Counted from the first letter of the stretch, positions 28,204 to 38,632 are shown. The stretch: 53,141 bases of DNA from Chitinophagaceae bacterium (GCA_947489175.1 CANLED010000001.1:1-53141), one strand, 5' to 3'. A program made the numbers and translations. Notes: generated by a model not told the origin, from the letters alone.

Positions 28204-29055
28204 TTAATAATCACCTAATGTTTCTTCCAGCTGTGCAAGGGCTAATAACAGTTGCTCATCATTTGGTGCAACACCATGCCACTTATGACTACCCATCATA
28301 AAATCGACACCGGCACCCATTTCTGTTTTCATCATAATTACAACGGGTACACCTTGGCCGCATAATTCTTTTGCCGTATGGAGAGATGTAACAACATCAG
28401 CCATGTTATTTCCATCCATATATACAATTTGCCAACCAAATGCACTGTATTTATTGGCTAAATTTCTATTGCTCATTACCAGTTCTGTCGGACCATCTAT
28501 TTGCTGACCATTTACATCTACTATTGCAATAAGGTTATCAATTTTGTGATGGGGTGCAAATTGTACAGCTTCCCAAATTTGTCCTTCGTTCTGTTCACCA
28601 TCTCCCATAAGAGCATATACCAAGCAACTATCTTTTTTCAATTTTTTTGATATAGCTGCCCCAATAGCAACTGACAATCCTTGACCCAAAGAACCAGCAG
28701 ACATTCTTATGCCAGGCAAATGCTCATGTGTTGTGGGATGCCCCTGTAATCTTGAATTTAGTTTTCTGAATGTTGCAAGTTCGCTCACCTCAAAATAACC
28801 AGACCTGGCCAGTACACTATATAGTACCGGTGAAATATGCCCATTGGAAAGAAAAAATAGATCTTCTCCTTCACCCTTCATATTAAATTGGTTGCTGTGT
28901 TTCATAATATTGAAAAACAAAGCCACCAATAAATCAGTACAACCCAAAGATCCTCCGGGGTGACCACTTTGGCAACCATGTACTTGTCGCACTATGTCTC
29001 TGCGAACTTGTGATGCTATTTTCGTCAATTGTACTATATCTGTGACCTGAACCAT
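28204..29055 (-). CDS. tkt: Transketolase, N-terminal (ThDP-binding) subunit
   Basis: SGHPGGSLG, LSNGH, LQGHP, GSLGQG and the GDGE...N ThDP motif. Confidence 0.95.
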   Translation of the reverse strand: MVQVTDIVQLTKIASQVRRDIVRQVHGCQSGHPGGSLGCTDLLVALFFNIMKHSNQFNMKGEGEDLFFLSNGHISPVLYSVLARSGYFEVSELATFRKLNSRLQGHPTTHEHLPGIRMSAGSLGQGLSVAIGAAISKKLKKDSCLVYALMGDGEQNEGQIWEAVQFAPHHKIDNLIAIVDVNGQQIDGPTELVMSNRNLANKYSAFGWQIVYMDGNNMADVVTSLHTAKELCGQGVPVVIMMKTEMGAGVDFMMGSHKWHGVAPNDEQLLLALAQLEETLGDY

Positions 29056-29079
29056 TGTTATCTTCTATTTGTATTTAAA

Positions 29080-29730
29080 TTACATTTTTCCTGCATCTTC
29101 CATAAATTTAGCCAGCCCAATATCTGTTAATGGATGTTTTAGTAATCCCAAAATAGGTTCAAGGGGTGAGGTAATAACATGGGCACCAGCTTCAGCACAT
29201 TGTATAATATGATTGGCATTGCGGATAGATGCAGCGAGTATTTGTGTTTTGTAGCCCTGTGCTGTAAAAATATTTGCAATCTGACGAATCAATAACATAC
29301 CATCCCAGCCGCTATCATCAACCCTTCCGATAAATGGCGAGAGATATGTTGATCCAGCTTTAGCTGCCAATATGGCCTGCCCTGCTGAAAAAACCAAAGT
29401 ACAATTCGTTTTAATACCATTATCAGTAAACCATTTAATGGCTTTGATGCCATCTTTAATCATCGGAACTTTTACCACAATATTGTGATGCAGGGCAGCA
29501 AGAACTTTTCCTTCGGCTATTATGCCATCATAATCAGTTGCTAAAACTTCAGCACTAATATCACCTTCGACAATTTCACAAATAGCTTTATAGTGATTCA
29601 AAATAGCGTCATAACCCTTAATTCCTTCTTTTGCCATCAAGGATGGATTAGTTGTAACCCCATCTAAAATACCTAATTCATTTGCTTCCTTAATTTGGTT
29701 GAGATTGGCTGTATCAATAAAAAATTTCAT
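29080..29730 (-). CDS. tal: Transaldolase (short FSA/TalC type)
   Basis: FFIDTA, GVTTNPSL, Schiff-base VVKVP. Glu in ISAEV and Phe in SPFIGR are the transaldolase signature rather than the FSA one. Confidence 0.93.
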   Translation of the reverse strand: MKFFIDTANLNQIKEANELGILDGVTTNPSLMAKEGIKGYDAILNHYKAICEIVEGDISAEVLATDYDGIIAEGKVLAALHHNIVVKVPMIKDGIKAIKWFTDNGIKTNCTLVFSAGQAILAAKAGSTYLSPFIGRVDDSGWDGMLLIRQIANIFTAQGYKTQILAASIRNANHIIQCAEAGAHVITSPLEPILGLLKHPLTDIGLAKFMEDAGKM

Positions 29731-29743
29731 ATAAACTATTTAT

Positions 29744-29824
29744 TTAAATATGAAAGAAGTCAGCAACAAGCATGTAAAGAAGGAAAATGGCTAAAACTGC
29801 ACATAATATAAAAACCAATTTCAT
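29744..29824 (-). CDS. Possible 26-aa single-helix membrane peptide
   Basis: Hand translation gives MKLVFILCAVLAIFLLYMLVADFFHI*, ending 13 nt upstream of tal. Confidence 0.3.
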   Translation of the reverse strand: MKLVFILCAVLAIFLLYMLVADFFHI

Positions 29825-29950
29825 GTTTCTCAATTGCTTGCGTTCATTATAAATGGTTTTATTCTGTTTGTTTGCATGCATAACACCCTGCTTTTTAGCA
29901 GGCAAATAACAACAGTTTACATAGAATATATTATCCTATATTTCAAACTT

Positions 29951-32900
29951 TTAGCCCAATTGTTCATCTAAAGAACCTTCTTCGCCCAAGGTTGTCAATT
30001 TACTCTTTTTTGAAATCTCAGCTACAAACTGAGATGGTGTCTTTCCGAATTCTTTTTTGAAAGCTTTGGTAAAATAACTCTGACTTTGTATTCCTACACG
30101 GTACATCACTTCGAGGATAGGAACATCCTCTGAAACAAGGATCTTGGCGGCTCTTTTTAATCTTAACACCCTGGTAAATTCTCCAATTGCCTGACCGGTA
30201 ACTGCTTTTACTTTTCCGTACAATTTTGTACGACTCATACCTATCTTCTTACAAATCATATCTACATCAAGTTCCTCATCTTCCATATTTTGTTCGATTA
30301 CGCTAATCAGTGCATCCAAAAAGTCTTTATCTCTGTCATTATTTACCAATTCCCTCGCATCAGCAAAAACATCCTGATTATATTTGACCTTTATTTTGTC
30401 TAACTTATCAAAAAGGTTTTTAATAGTAACTTGCAACAAACGCAAACTAAAAGGCTTAGGAAAATAAATATCAGCACCGCATTCCAAGCCTTCCAGATGA
30501 GTATCCATAGAAGATTGCGCTGTTATAAGAATGAAGCTGATATGGCTGGTATTTACATCTTGCCTGATGGCTTTGCAAAGCTCAATACCATCCATCTCCG
30601 GCATCATTAAATCACTAATAATTAGATCAGGGAAAAATTCATTTGCCATCCTCAAGCCCTGTATCCCTTCTCCAGCTTGTATCACAACATATGAATCGCT
30701 AAGACTGTTAACCAGAAATTTGCGCATTTCCGGATTATCTTCAACTACCAATATTCTTTTCTTTAATGCATGATTGGCAGTTTTAATATTGTTTGTTACA
30801 GTATCAGATTTTGTTGCATCATCCTGGTTAATCCAGTCAATGGTATAATGTAAACTTTCAAAGTCTATACTAAAATCTGTATCAGAAACTATCTCAATAC
30901 TCTTATAATTTTGCTTTGCCGCTGGTATACCAACCAAAAATTCAGTCCCTTCATTTCTTTCGCTGTAAACATGTAGAGTGCCTTTGTGTAATTCTACTAG
31001 GCTCTTCACTAAAGCAAGACCGACACCAGATCCAAGGTGCTTTTCTCTGCCAGAAGTGTTAACCCTGAAATACCGGTCAAATATATTTTGAATGGAATTC
31101 TCTGTAATTCCAATTCCGGTATCCGCTATCCTTATCCAAATCATTTGATTATCCTTAACTTCAGATGGAATAATTACATAATTACTGAATTTAGGTTTAA
31201 AACACTCAAGAGTATTTAAAATTTCAACTTCAATTAAACCGTTATTGTCTGTGTATTTAAAGGAATTTGAGATCAGGTTTACCAATATTTTTTCAATAAT
31301 ATTAGGGTCAAAATAAATGAAATTAGTATTTGAAGATGTCTTTATATTGTAAACCATCTCTTTTTCTACTGCCAGCTCCCGGAATTCAGCACAAATACTG
31401 CTAACAAATTTCTGCAGGTCATTATGGGCAACATTCAACTTCATTGTATCTGTTTCCACTTTTCTAAAGTCCATTAATTCATTTGTCAGCCCTAATAGTC
31501 TCCTTGCATTGCTGTAAATTAAGCGTAGATAATTATGCTGCTCTTCTTTATTTGTTTCACTATGCAGCATTTTTTCTGTAGGGCCGAGAATTAAGGTGAG
31601 TGGTGTACGGAATTCATGCGAAATATTGGTAAAAAACTGCAGCTTCATTTGATGCAGTTCTTCCTGCTTCTTTTCTTCAAGCTCTTTAAATTGTACTTTA
31701 CGCTTTAATGCAAACCACGAGTTTTGATATTTCCATACTATATAGATAATACCTAATAAAAGTAAAAAATAAATAATTTTAGCATACGGAGTTTTCCACC
31801 ATGGTGCTAATATTGAGATTGAAAGTTTTTCTTCGTTACCAGCCCAAACCCCGTCACTATTTGCAGTCTCTACTTTAAGTGTGTAATTCCCATATGCCAG
31901 GTTGGAATATGTAGCATATCTGTTTGAAGCATCGGTATAAATCCAGTTTTTGTCAAAACCCTCGAGTTTGAACCTGTATTTGCAACGTTCAGGATTTGCA
32001 TAATGCATAGATGAAAACTGTACAGAAAAATTATTTTGAGATGAGGTGAGTTTTAAATGCTTCATATAACTTACCCCCTCCGTAAACAATCTAAGTTCAT
32101 CATCTTTCTCTATACTTTCTCCATTCACCAACAACCCGGTAAAGGCTGCTGACGGCTTTGAATTACTACTCAAAATAGCAGAAGGGGAAAAATAGTTGAT
32201 TCCGTTTATTCCTCCAAAATACAAACGTCCTGATTCACTGGCATAAGCAGCACCAATTTTAAAGCTATTTCCCTGTAATCCATCGTTAACATCATAATAA
32301 ACAAATCTGTTTTCTAATGGATTATACATCGCGAGCATTTTGCCAGCCAGCCATAAATTACCCTTATTATCAATAAGCATACTTTCAATATCTTTTAATT
32401 CCTGATTGGAATTGTCTTTAATATTGAAAATTTCATACGTATCATTTTTGTATAATCTAATTTTGTTCAAACCGCCACCAAGTGTACCAACCCAAATAAG
32501 AGAGTCCCCCTGAGGCAAAACCGGCCATACAAAGGAAGAACTCAATGCCGTATTGTTTTTCCCGTTAGTATAATTTTTAATCTGGGAAATGGACCCGTCA
32601 GCATTTAAAAATATATGATTCAGACCATGGTCGGTTCCAACTAATATTTCGGGCTTATTTTTATCTGCATATATGAATGTTACCCGATTGGATAATATTG
32701 AATGCTGTTTTGTTGTTGCAGTTACTCTTTCTACATGATAGTTGCCTTTCGACTTATAAATAATCCTACTTAGACCGTTATTCCAGCTACCAGCCCATAT
32801 CTGATTAAATTTATCTTCAGACAGAGCAAAATAATTTCCTTCTTTAAACATATCCCCGGTGCCTATTCCAGGTTTTAAACTCTCAAAACTACCATTCTGA

Positions 32901-34231
32901 AAGCGGATGCTTATTCCAACATCGGAACCAATCCAGAGCCGATTTTCTGAGTCATTTAAGAGTGATCTGATATTTTCACTGTGCAATCCAGAATTACCTG
33001 GATGATATTGGGTATATTGATTGGTGGAGAAGTCATAATAATTTAATCCATTATTACGTGTGCCAATCCAAAGATTGCCTTTATCATCTTCATGTAAGGC
33101 CCTGGTGTAATTTGCAGATAAAGCACGAGAATTATTTTGATTACGCTGTAATAAGTGAAAAGGTTTTTGATTAAGGTCAGCAATATTAGCCCCACCACCA
33201 AAAGTTGTAAACCAAATACAATCAGATTTATCAATAAAAACCGTATTGATAGTATTTGCTGTAATACTTGTCTTATCAAATTCATTATTTACATAATAAT
33301 CTAATTTCTTTTCAGCAGTTGAATATTTAATTGCGCCACTTACAGAACTCATCCACAAGTTTCCTTTAGAATCATAACACAAATAGTTAGGCAGAGATAT
33401 GTTTGTTGGCAAACTGGTTATTCTAAAAAGGCTGCTCTTGTTTAACAAATAGGTTTCATCCCTGTTATTTAATATTGTATTTATGGTAGCAGCATTAATT
33501 ACAAATACACCATTTTTATTGCATATTGTAAGATTGCTTTTATTGTCTATATTCAAGGCAGTAACACCTCCTTCAATATCGTCATCGAAATTAATTTTCT
33601 TGATCCTATTGTCTGTTGAAATAATTAAAATACCATTTGAATAAGCGCCCCAAATGTTTCCTTGTTTGTCTGCAGTTAAATTGTAAATAGTTCCCTTTGA
33701 TAGAACAAATGGAGATGCAACATCTTCTCTGAGCAACAAATCGTTACCAATAGAGTAAATATGTATTTTTCTGTCTGTAATGGTGTAAAGCTTTTGACCT
33801 ACAACCGCAAGTTTCTGCAAGGGTTCCTTTATAGACAAGGCCGTTCTGGTATCAGCTGTTTTAATAATACTAAATCTTTGAGCAGGAAGAGAGAATAGTG
33901 CAAGACCCCCTTCAGTTGTTAACCACATGTAATTCTCATTACATAACTTCATATCAGATATCCTGTTCAAATAAGCAGCCTTGGTATCATCTGATCTATT
34001 GTAAAATACTTTTGTGTCATATCCGTCATATCGATTGAGACCCGAATAAGTCCCTATCCACATAAAGCCTTTTTTATCTTGGAGAATAGCAGTTGCGTCT
34101 GTATGTGAAAGACCATTATCTACAGTGAGGTGACGAAAACGTAACTGAGATAATTGAGAAAATACAATATTATATAAGAAACAAAACGGAACTAAAATTA
34201 CAATAATCTTAAAAAGTAAAAACTTTTTCAT
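29951..34231 (-). CDS. Hybrid two-component system sensor/regulator (HTCS)
   Basis: Reg_prop repeats, Y_Y_Y domain, TM helix, FFTNISHEFRTPLTLI, GSGVGLA, receiver (ISDLMMP), AraC HTH (YFTKAFKKEFGKTP). The ORF is open to 34249. Confidence 0.96.
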   Translation of the reverse strand: MKKFLLFKIIVILVPFCFLYNIVFSQLSQLRFRHLTVDNGLSHTDATAILQDKKGFMWIGTYSGLNRYDGYDTKVFYNRSDDTKAAYLNRISDMKLCNENYMWLTTEGGLALFSLPAQRFSIIKTADTRTALSIKEPLQKLAVVGQKLYTITDRKIHIYSIGNDLLLREDVASPFVLSKGTIYNLTADKQGNIWGAYSNGILIISTDNRIKKINFDDDIEGGVTALNIDNKSNLTICNKNGVFVINAATINTILNNRDETYLLNKSSLFRITSLPTNISLPNYLCYDSKGNLWMSSVSGAIKYSTAEKKLDYYVNNEFDKTSITANTINTVFIDKSDCIWFTTFGGGANIADLNQKPFHLLQRNQNNSRALSANYTRALHEDDKGNLWIGTRNNGLNYYDFSTNQYTQYHPGNSGLHSENIRSLLNDSENRLWIGSDVGISIRFQNGSFESLKPGIGTGDMFKEGNYFALSEDKFNQIWAGSWNNGLSRIIYKSKGNYHVERVTATTKQHSILSNRVTFIYADKNKPEILVGTDHGLNHIFLNADGSISQIKNYTNGKNNTALSSSFVWPVLPQGDSLIWVGTLGGGLNKIRLYKNDTYEIFNIKDNSNQELKDIESMLIDNKGNLWLAGKMLAMYNPLENRFVYYDVNDGLQGNSFKIGAAYASESGRLYFGGINGINYFSPSAILSSNSKPSAAFTGLLVNGESIEKDDELRLFTEGVSYMKHLKLTSSQNNFSVQFSSMHYANPERCKYRFKLEGFDKNWIYTDASNRYATYSNLAYGNYTLKVETANSDGVWAGNEEKLSISILAPWWKTPYAKIIYFLLLLGIIYIVWKYQNSWFALKRKVQFKELEEKKQEELHQMKLQFFTNISHEFRTPLTLILGPTEKMLHSETNKEEQHNYLRLIYSNARRLLGLTNELMDFRKVETDTMKLNVAHNDLQKFVSSICAEFRELAVEKEMVYNIKTSSNTNFIYFDPNIIEKILVNLISNSFKYTDNNGLIEVEILNTLECFKPKFSNYVIIPSEVKDNQMIWIRIADTGIGITENSIQNIFDRYFRVNTSGREKHLGSGVGLALVKSLVELHKGTLHVYSERNEGTEFLVGIPAAKQNYKSIEIVSDTDFSIDFESLHYTIDWINQDDATKSDTVTNNIKTANHALKKRILVVEDNPEMRKFLVNSLSDSYVVIQAGEGIQGLRMANEFFPDLIISDLMMPEMDGIELCKAIRQDVNTSHISFILITAQSSMDTHLEGLECGADIYFPKPFSLRLLQVTIKNLFDKLDKIKVKYNQDVFADARELVNNDRDKDFLDALISVIEQNMEDEELDVDMICKKIGMSRTKLYGKVKAVTGQAIGEFTRVLRLKRAAKILVSEDVPILEVMYRVGIQSQSYFTKAFKKEFGKTPSQFVAEISKKSKLTTLGEEGSLDEQLG

Positions 34232-34527
34232 ACAGCAAATTTTAGACAATCAGTTTATAAATGTCAATTTAACATTTACTAATGACAGTAACAAAAATTT
34301 GAATTTGCGTCATAAAAGGACGGACATAATTATAATATCAATTAGATATCTGACGACTGATAGTTTTTGAATTAGAAAAATTTCAGTATAGAAGGTCTGT
34401 GAAGAATGATTACATCGGACGATGTAAAAGAATCAACGGAGAATGAATTCTTATAGCTATTCTATAAACTGCATGAGGTCAGGCCTTGCAATAATATAAA
34501 GATATCAATTAAAAGAAAGGTGAAGTG

Positions 34528-35961
34528 TTATTGGGTACTAAGTTCAAAAAAAGCTGCCCCATGCGTGGGTAAAACCGCTTCCAACTTTAGTTCAACCAAC
34601 CCTTTGTCCATGCCAGTCCAAAGGTCTTTTACTTTATATCTACCCCTCAAACTTTCTAGCTCTAAATCAAAAGTAACTTTTCTTTCTTTATCGGATAGAT
34701 TAAACAATGCGGCATACTTCTTTCCGGTTTTTAGGTCTGAAGCAATCCAAATCGCATAATTCTCATTCTTAAATACTTGCCTGTTGTCAGAACTGTTTTG
34801 ATTTACATTCAATACATCAGCATTTGTTAAAAAGGGCATTATACCTTCTGTATTTTTTAATAAATCTGCTCCAAGCATTAAAGGACTCCTTGCAATACTC
34901 CACAAAGTCATAAGAGTATAGTGTTCCGGAATTGTAAACTTGCTCATTCTTTCCGGGCCATGTGGACGATTATTTAATGATAGTCTTCCTATTGGCAACA
35001 TATCTGCATCAGGCCAATGCCCATTTTTTATAAAAGGCGACCATGCATTCATTAAATCAAAATTATGCTTCAAGGATTCCCAATTATCCCAAAAGTCTGC
35101 TGAAATTCTCCACATGTGCGAATACTGAGAAACATGATGTGCTTGAGACAGCGGCGCTTCACCACAAGATAAACTTAAAACCATAGGGCGACCACAATTG
35201 GCCAATGCTTTACTTATCATTTCTATTTCAGCCTTGTGATATGGCGGGTACATCATATCGTCTGCCTTAATAAAATCTACCCCCCATTCTGCATACAATT
35301 CAAAAATTGAATTATAATATTCTTGAGCGCCTGGCTTTGACGCATCTACCCCAAATAAATTATTTTGCCAACCGCATGTGTCCCAAGGTTCTGCAATATC
35401 CTTTGCTGTATAATTTGTACCTTTTATTGGCAAATTGTTATAATATGCTTCTCTTGGAATACCTCTCATTATATGAATTCCAAATTTCATTCCTTTGGAA
35501 TGAACATATTCAGCAATTGCCTTAAATCCTGTTCTGTTTTTGGCAGATGGAAACCTTATTTCTGAAGGTAGCAATCTCCCATACTCATCCATTACTAATG
35601 TATCTAATGGGGTGCCATCTGGATTTAATCTTATATTAGGATGACCATATCTCCGGCTACCGGGTATACTTGATGAGTATTTGCCGGGCTCGTCATTAAA
35701 CCAAACATAGTCAATTACTGCATATTCCCAGCCATACTTTAGTAGCTTGCTTTGCATAAAATCAACAGTGGACTTGAACTCTTGCTCATTAATCCGGCAA
35801 TCATATGCATCAAAACTGTTCCAACCCATCGGAGGTTTTGTTGCAATATTTCTATCAAGACCAATTGTCTCTTTTTTGCTTATTCTATTTACATTATTTT
35901 GAGCAATGGATGTGCCAAATAAAATACTGAAAAAAAGTAAGGTTGAAATTGTTCTGGTCAT
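34528..35961 (-). CDS. GH27 glycoside hydrolase, beta-L-arabinopyranosidase/alpha-galactosidase type
   Basis: PPMGWNSFD, VIDYVW, MDEYGRLLP, KFGIHIMRGIPR, WGVDFIKADD, WRISADFWD, WPDADML. Confidence 0.93.
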   Translation of the reverse strand: MTRTISTLLFFSILFGTSIAQNNVNRISKKETIGLDRNIATKPPMGWNSFDAYDCRINEQEFKSTVDFMQSKLLKYGWEYAVIDYVWFNDEPGKYSSSIPGSRRYGHPNIRLNPDGTPLDTLVMDEYGRLLPSEIRFPSAKNRTGFKAIAEYVHSKGMKFGIHIMRGIPREAYYNNLPIKGTNYTAKDIAEPWDTCGWQNNLFGVDASKPGAQEYYNSIFELYAEWGVDFIKADDMMYPPYHKAEIEMISKALANCGRPMVLSLSCGEAPLSQAHHVSQYSHMWRISADFWDNWESLKHNFDLMNAWSPFIKNGHWPDADMLPIGRLSLNNRPHGPERMSKFTIPEHYTLMTLWSIARSPLMLGADLLKNTEGIMPFLTNADVLNVNQNSSDNRQVFKNENYAIWIASDLKTGKKYAALFNLSDKERKVTFDLELESLRGRYKVKDLWTGMDKGLVELKLEAVLPTHGAAFFELSTQ

Positions 35962-35970
35962 TTAATTATT

Positions 35971-37425
35971 TTAAGTTTTTCCGGATTGTCCTGGGCGTAC
36001 CTTATCAATAGACATATTGGGATGCGGTACATGTGCTTCTTTGATGTATCGAGAAAGTTTGTTTACTATTTTTAAATTTTGGGTCGCAATATTATTTTTT
36101 TCAGATGGATCAGTTTGAAGATTGAACAATTCCCATTTGCCATTTTCTGAAAATGTTGTGGTGTTTAATTTTATTAACTTCCAAGGGAAACTGATAACAC
36201 ATTGCTTACCTCCTTCTTCGTAAAACTCCCAGTATAGATATTTATGTAGTTGCTGCTTTCCGGTGTTAATCAAAGTTGGCAAAATTGAAACCCCGTCTGT
36301 CTTAAAATGAGATTTTGTAACTGTCAACTGACTAAATGTTGCTAAAAAATCATACTGAGCAAAAACGCCATCTGATATAGCAGGCTTTATATAAGAAGGC
36401 GACCACGCAATCATAGGAACTTTGATTCCTCCATCATACAAATCTCTCTTCTTACCACGAGTGTTACCACTGCTGTTAAAAAATAGCGGGGAATGACCCC
36501 CTTCACTATGTGGTCCGTTATCACTTGTGAAAATAATAAATGTGTTTTTATCTAACCCTGTTTGCTTTAAATGAGCTACAAGATTTCCTACTGTGGCGTC
36601 CAAGCGAGTTATGGCAGCCGCAAAACCTTTTTCCACATCTGGCCAATGCTCATCTTTGTAAATTCCATAATCAGGAACTTCCATTCCGTTTTCCTTAATT
36701 TCATTATTGGCATGTGGTATAGTAGGTGTGAAAAAAATAAAAAAGGGGTTGTCTTTATTTATGTTGATATAGGAAATGATTTTCTCTTCCATTACATCGG
36801 GTACATAAGTTTTTTTAACCATTGCTTCACCATACCCTTCTGGACGGTTATCTTTAGTACCAACCCAACTATTATTACTCCATTTTTCTATTGGCAATAG
36901 TTTATTTCCAGGAAGATCTACTCTCTTATCATTCTCGTACAAAAATTCTGAATAGAAATTATGAGCATGCCACATATTCAAATAGCCAAAGGAATAATCA
37001 AAGCCACAGCGTTGAGGGTCGCCTACGGGCTGAGGATGCCCCACGCCCCATTTTCCAATTAACGCAGTAGAATATCCATTATCTTTTAACATGGATGCAA
37101 TCGTTACTTCGTTTCCTAATTTTTGTGGAAAAGGTTGATTACCTCGAACACTACTATGACCATTATGCAAACCAGTTAAAAGCGATGCTCTAGAAGGTGC
37201 GCAAACGGTAGCGCCAGAGTAAAAATTAGTAAACTTAATTCCTTCTGAAGCCAGCTTATCTATGTTCGGCGTTTTGATTTTTTGTTGTCCATAACAACCC
37301 AAATCACCGTAGCCAAGATCATCCGCCAGTATTAGTATAATGTTCGGTTTTTCTTGCTGTGCCTCAACATTTATTAGAAATAAATTACCAGCAAAGAATA
37401 GCATCAAGTGCCTCAGAAATTGCAT
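35971..37425 (-). CDS. S1 sulfatase (Cys-type, S1_20-like)
   Basis: PNIILILADDLGYGD, CAPSRASLLTG, GFDYSFGYLNMWHAHNFY, TSDNGPH, YLYWEF. Confidence 0.94.
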   Translation of the reverse strand: MQFLRHLMLFFAGNLFLINVEAQQEKPNIILILADDLGYGDLGCYGQQKIKTPNIDKLASEGIKFTNFYSGATVCAPSRASLLTGLHNGHSSVRGNQPFPQKLGNEVTIASMLKDNGYSTALIGKWGVGHPQPVGDPQRCGFDYSFGYLNMWHAHNFYSEFLYENDKRVDLPGNKLLPIEKWSNNSWVGTKDNRPEGYGEAMVKKTYVPDVMEEKIISYININKDNPFFIFFTPTIPHANNEIKENGMEVPDYGIYKDEHWPDVEKGFAAAITRLDATVGNLVAHLKQTGLDKNTFIIFTSDNGPHSEGGHSPLFFNSSGNTRGKKRDLYDGGIKVPMIAWSPSYIKPAISDGVFAQYDFLATFSQLTVTKSHFKTDGVSILPTLINTGKQQLHKYLYWEFYEEGGKQCVISFPWKLIKLNTTTFSENGKWELFNLQTDPSEKNNIATQNLKIVNKLSRYIKEAHVPHPNMSIDKVRPGQSGKT

Positions 37426-37459
37426 ACTTAATTATCAATTTTGTAATGAATCACACGCA

Positions 37460-38602
37460 CTATTTTACCGTTATTTCAATTGTTTTGAAACGCCGTTCAA
37501 GATCGTACTCACTTGCCAATATTTCATCCGGACGTCCAGTTATATAACCATTGCCGCTGTATTTTTTTCTACCAACATAGGTAGCCACCATTACTGCTTT
37601 GTATACACCTGGAACAGAATATTTGTATTTATATGTTTGTGTATTGTTCGAATATACAAATGGTATTTTAACCCCTTCGTTAAAGGATTGTATTACATTA
37701 GCAGCATCTCCCAGCCTTACTTCCTGCATATAAACATTTCCAGTGTAAGAAAGCAAATCTCCATCATCATCTGTTGCAATAGGGTCATCGGCATTAAAAA
37801 TAAGGCGTACCTCATCAATCCCTTTTTTCGGGTCTTTACCCAAAGGAATATTAGTAGTGCGCCATGCCGTTAGTACTGTTTGCAAATTGAATGCAAGATT
37901 GTCTAATAATTCCCTCACTGTGATAGTTGTGTAAGATATGGGGGATGCAGCACCGTCAATAACAACCTGAACGCCGAACTTAATACCAATACCAGTAGTG
38001 CTTGTAGATGTAAAACCATCTGGAAAAGAACAATAAGGAGAGAAGGTATTGTTTGGGGTTGTATTTAAAGCTCCTAAACTAGTTAAATTAGTGTTTACAT
38101 AATTAAGCATTTGCGGCAATACAGCATTACCTGGCTTAATTGTAAGCGTATAAGGGTTTCCGTTAGGTATTTTCATATTAATATACCTAGAGTTTGTAGC
38201 ATTTGAATAATCCCAAGGCACTAATTTACCATTATATATTTCCATTGGGGGTCCTGAAAAAGTATAACCGGCCGGCACTTCATTTACTTTAGGTATATAC
38301 AATAAATATTCTTTTAGATCAGGTATTCTAAGTGCATATACATTGGTTTTCAATTGTTCCTCGGTATAGCCCTTTTGCTCAACAAGATTAATACGGCTTT
38401 TTTCAAAATCTTTTCTGGCATCGCCTGTATAAATAGATAAAGCATCAGCTCCATCGGTAAATGTGAATGTAACTTCTTCATTTACAGCTACAGTCGTTTT
38501 ACTAGATGTAAAATTTACATCCTTTATTTCGAGCTTTTCTTTAAGGCAAGAAGTAAACAATACCCCTGAAACCACTACTGAAAAAATATTATTTTTAAAC
38601 AT
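37460..38602 (-). CDS. SusE-positioned surface glycan-binding lipoprotein (split PKD/DUF5017-like)
   Basis: Lipobox FTSC. EVTFTF..GAD..SIYTGD and YKYKYSVPGVYKAVMVAT flank an insert. Directly downstream of susD. Confidence 0.7.
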   Translation of the reverse strand: MFKNNIFSVVVSGVLFTSCLKEKLEIKDVNFTSSKTTVAVNEEVTFTFTDGADALSIYTGDARKDFEKSRINLVEQKGYTEEQLKTNVYALRIPDLKEYLLYIPKVNEVPAGYTFSGPPMEIYNGKLVPWDYSNATNSRYINMKIPNGNPYTLTIKPGNAVLPQMLNYVNTNLTSLGALNTTPNNTFSPYCSFPDGFTSTSTTGIGIKFGVQVVIDGAASPISYTTITVRELLDNLAFNLQTVLTAWRTTNIPLGKDPKKGIDEVRLIFNADDPIATDDDGDLLSYTGNVYMQEVRLGDAANVIQSFNEGVKIPFVYSNNTQTYKYKYSVPGVYKAVMVATYVGRKKYSGNGYITGRPDEILASEYDLERRFKTIEITVK

Positions 38603-38632
38603 ATCATTTAGATTTTTGAATGAATGATGTTA

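Noticed and set aside
27225-29055. Frameshifted transketolase pseudogene
   Set aside because: Two-gene transketolases are normal in Bacteroidota, and both parts have intact motifs and their own starts.
29080-29730. Fructose-6-phosphate aldolase (fsa)
   Set aside because: The Glu/Phe signature residues indicate transaldolase.
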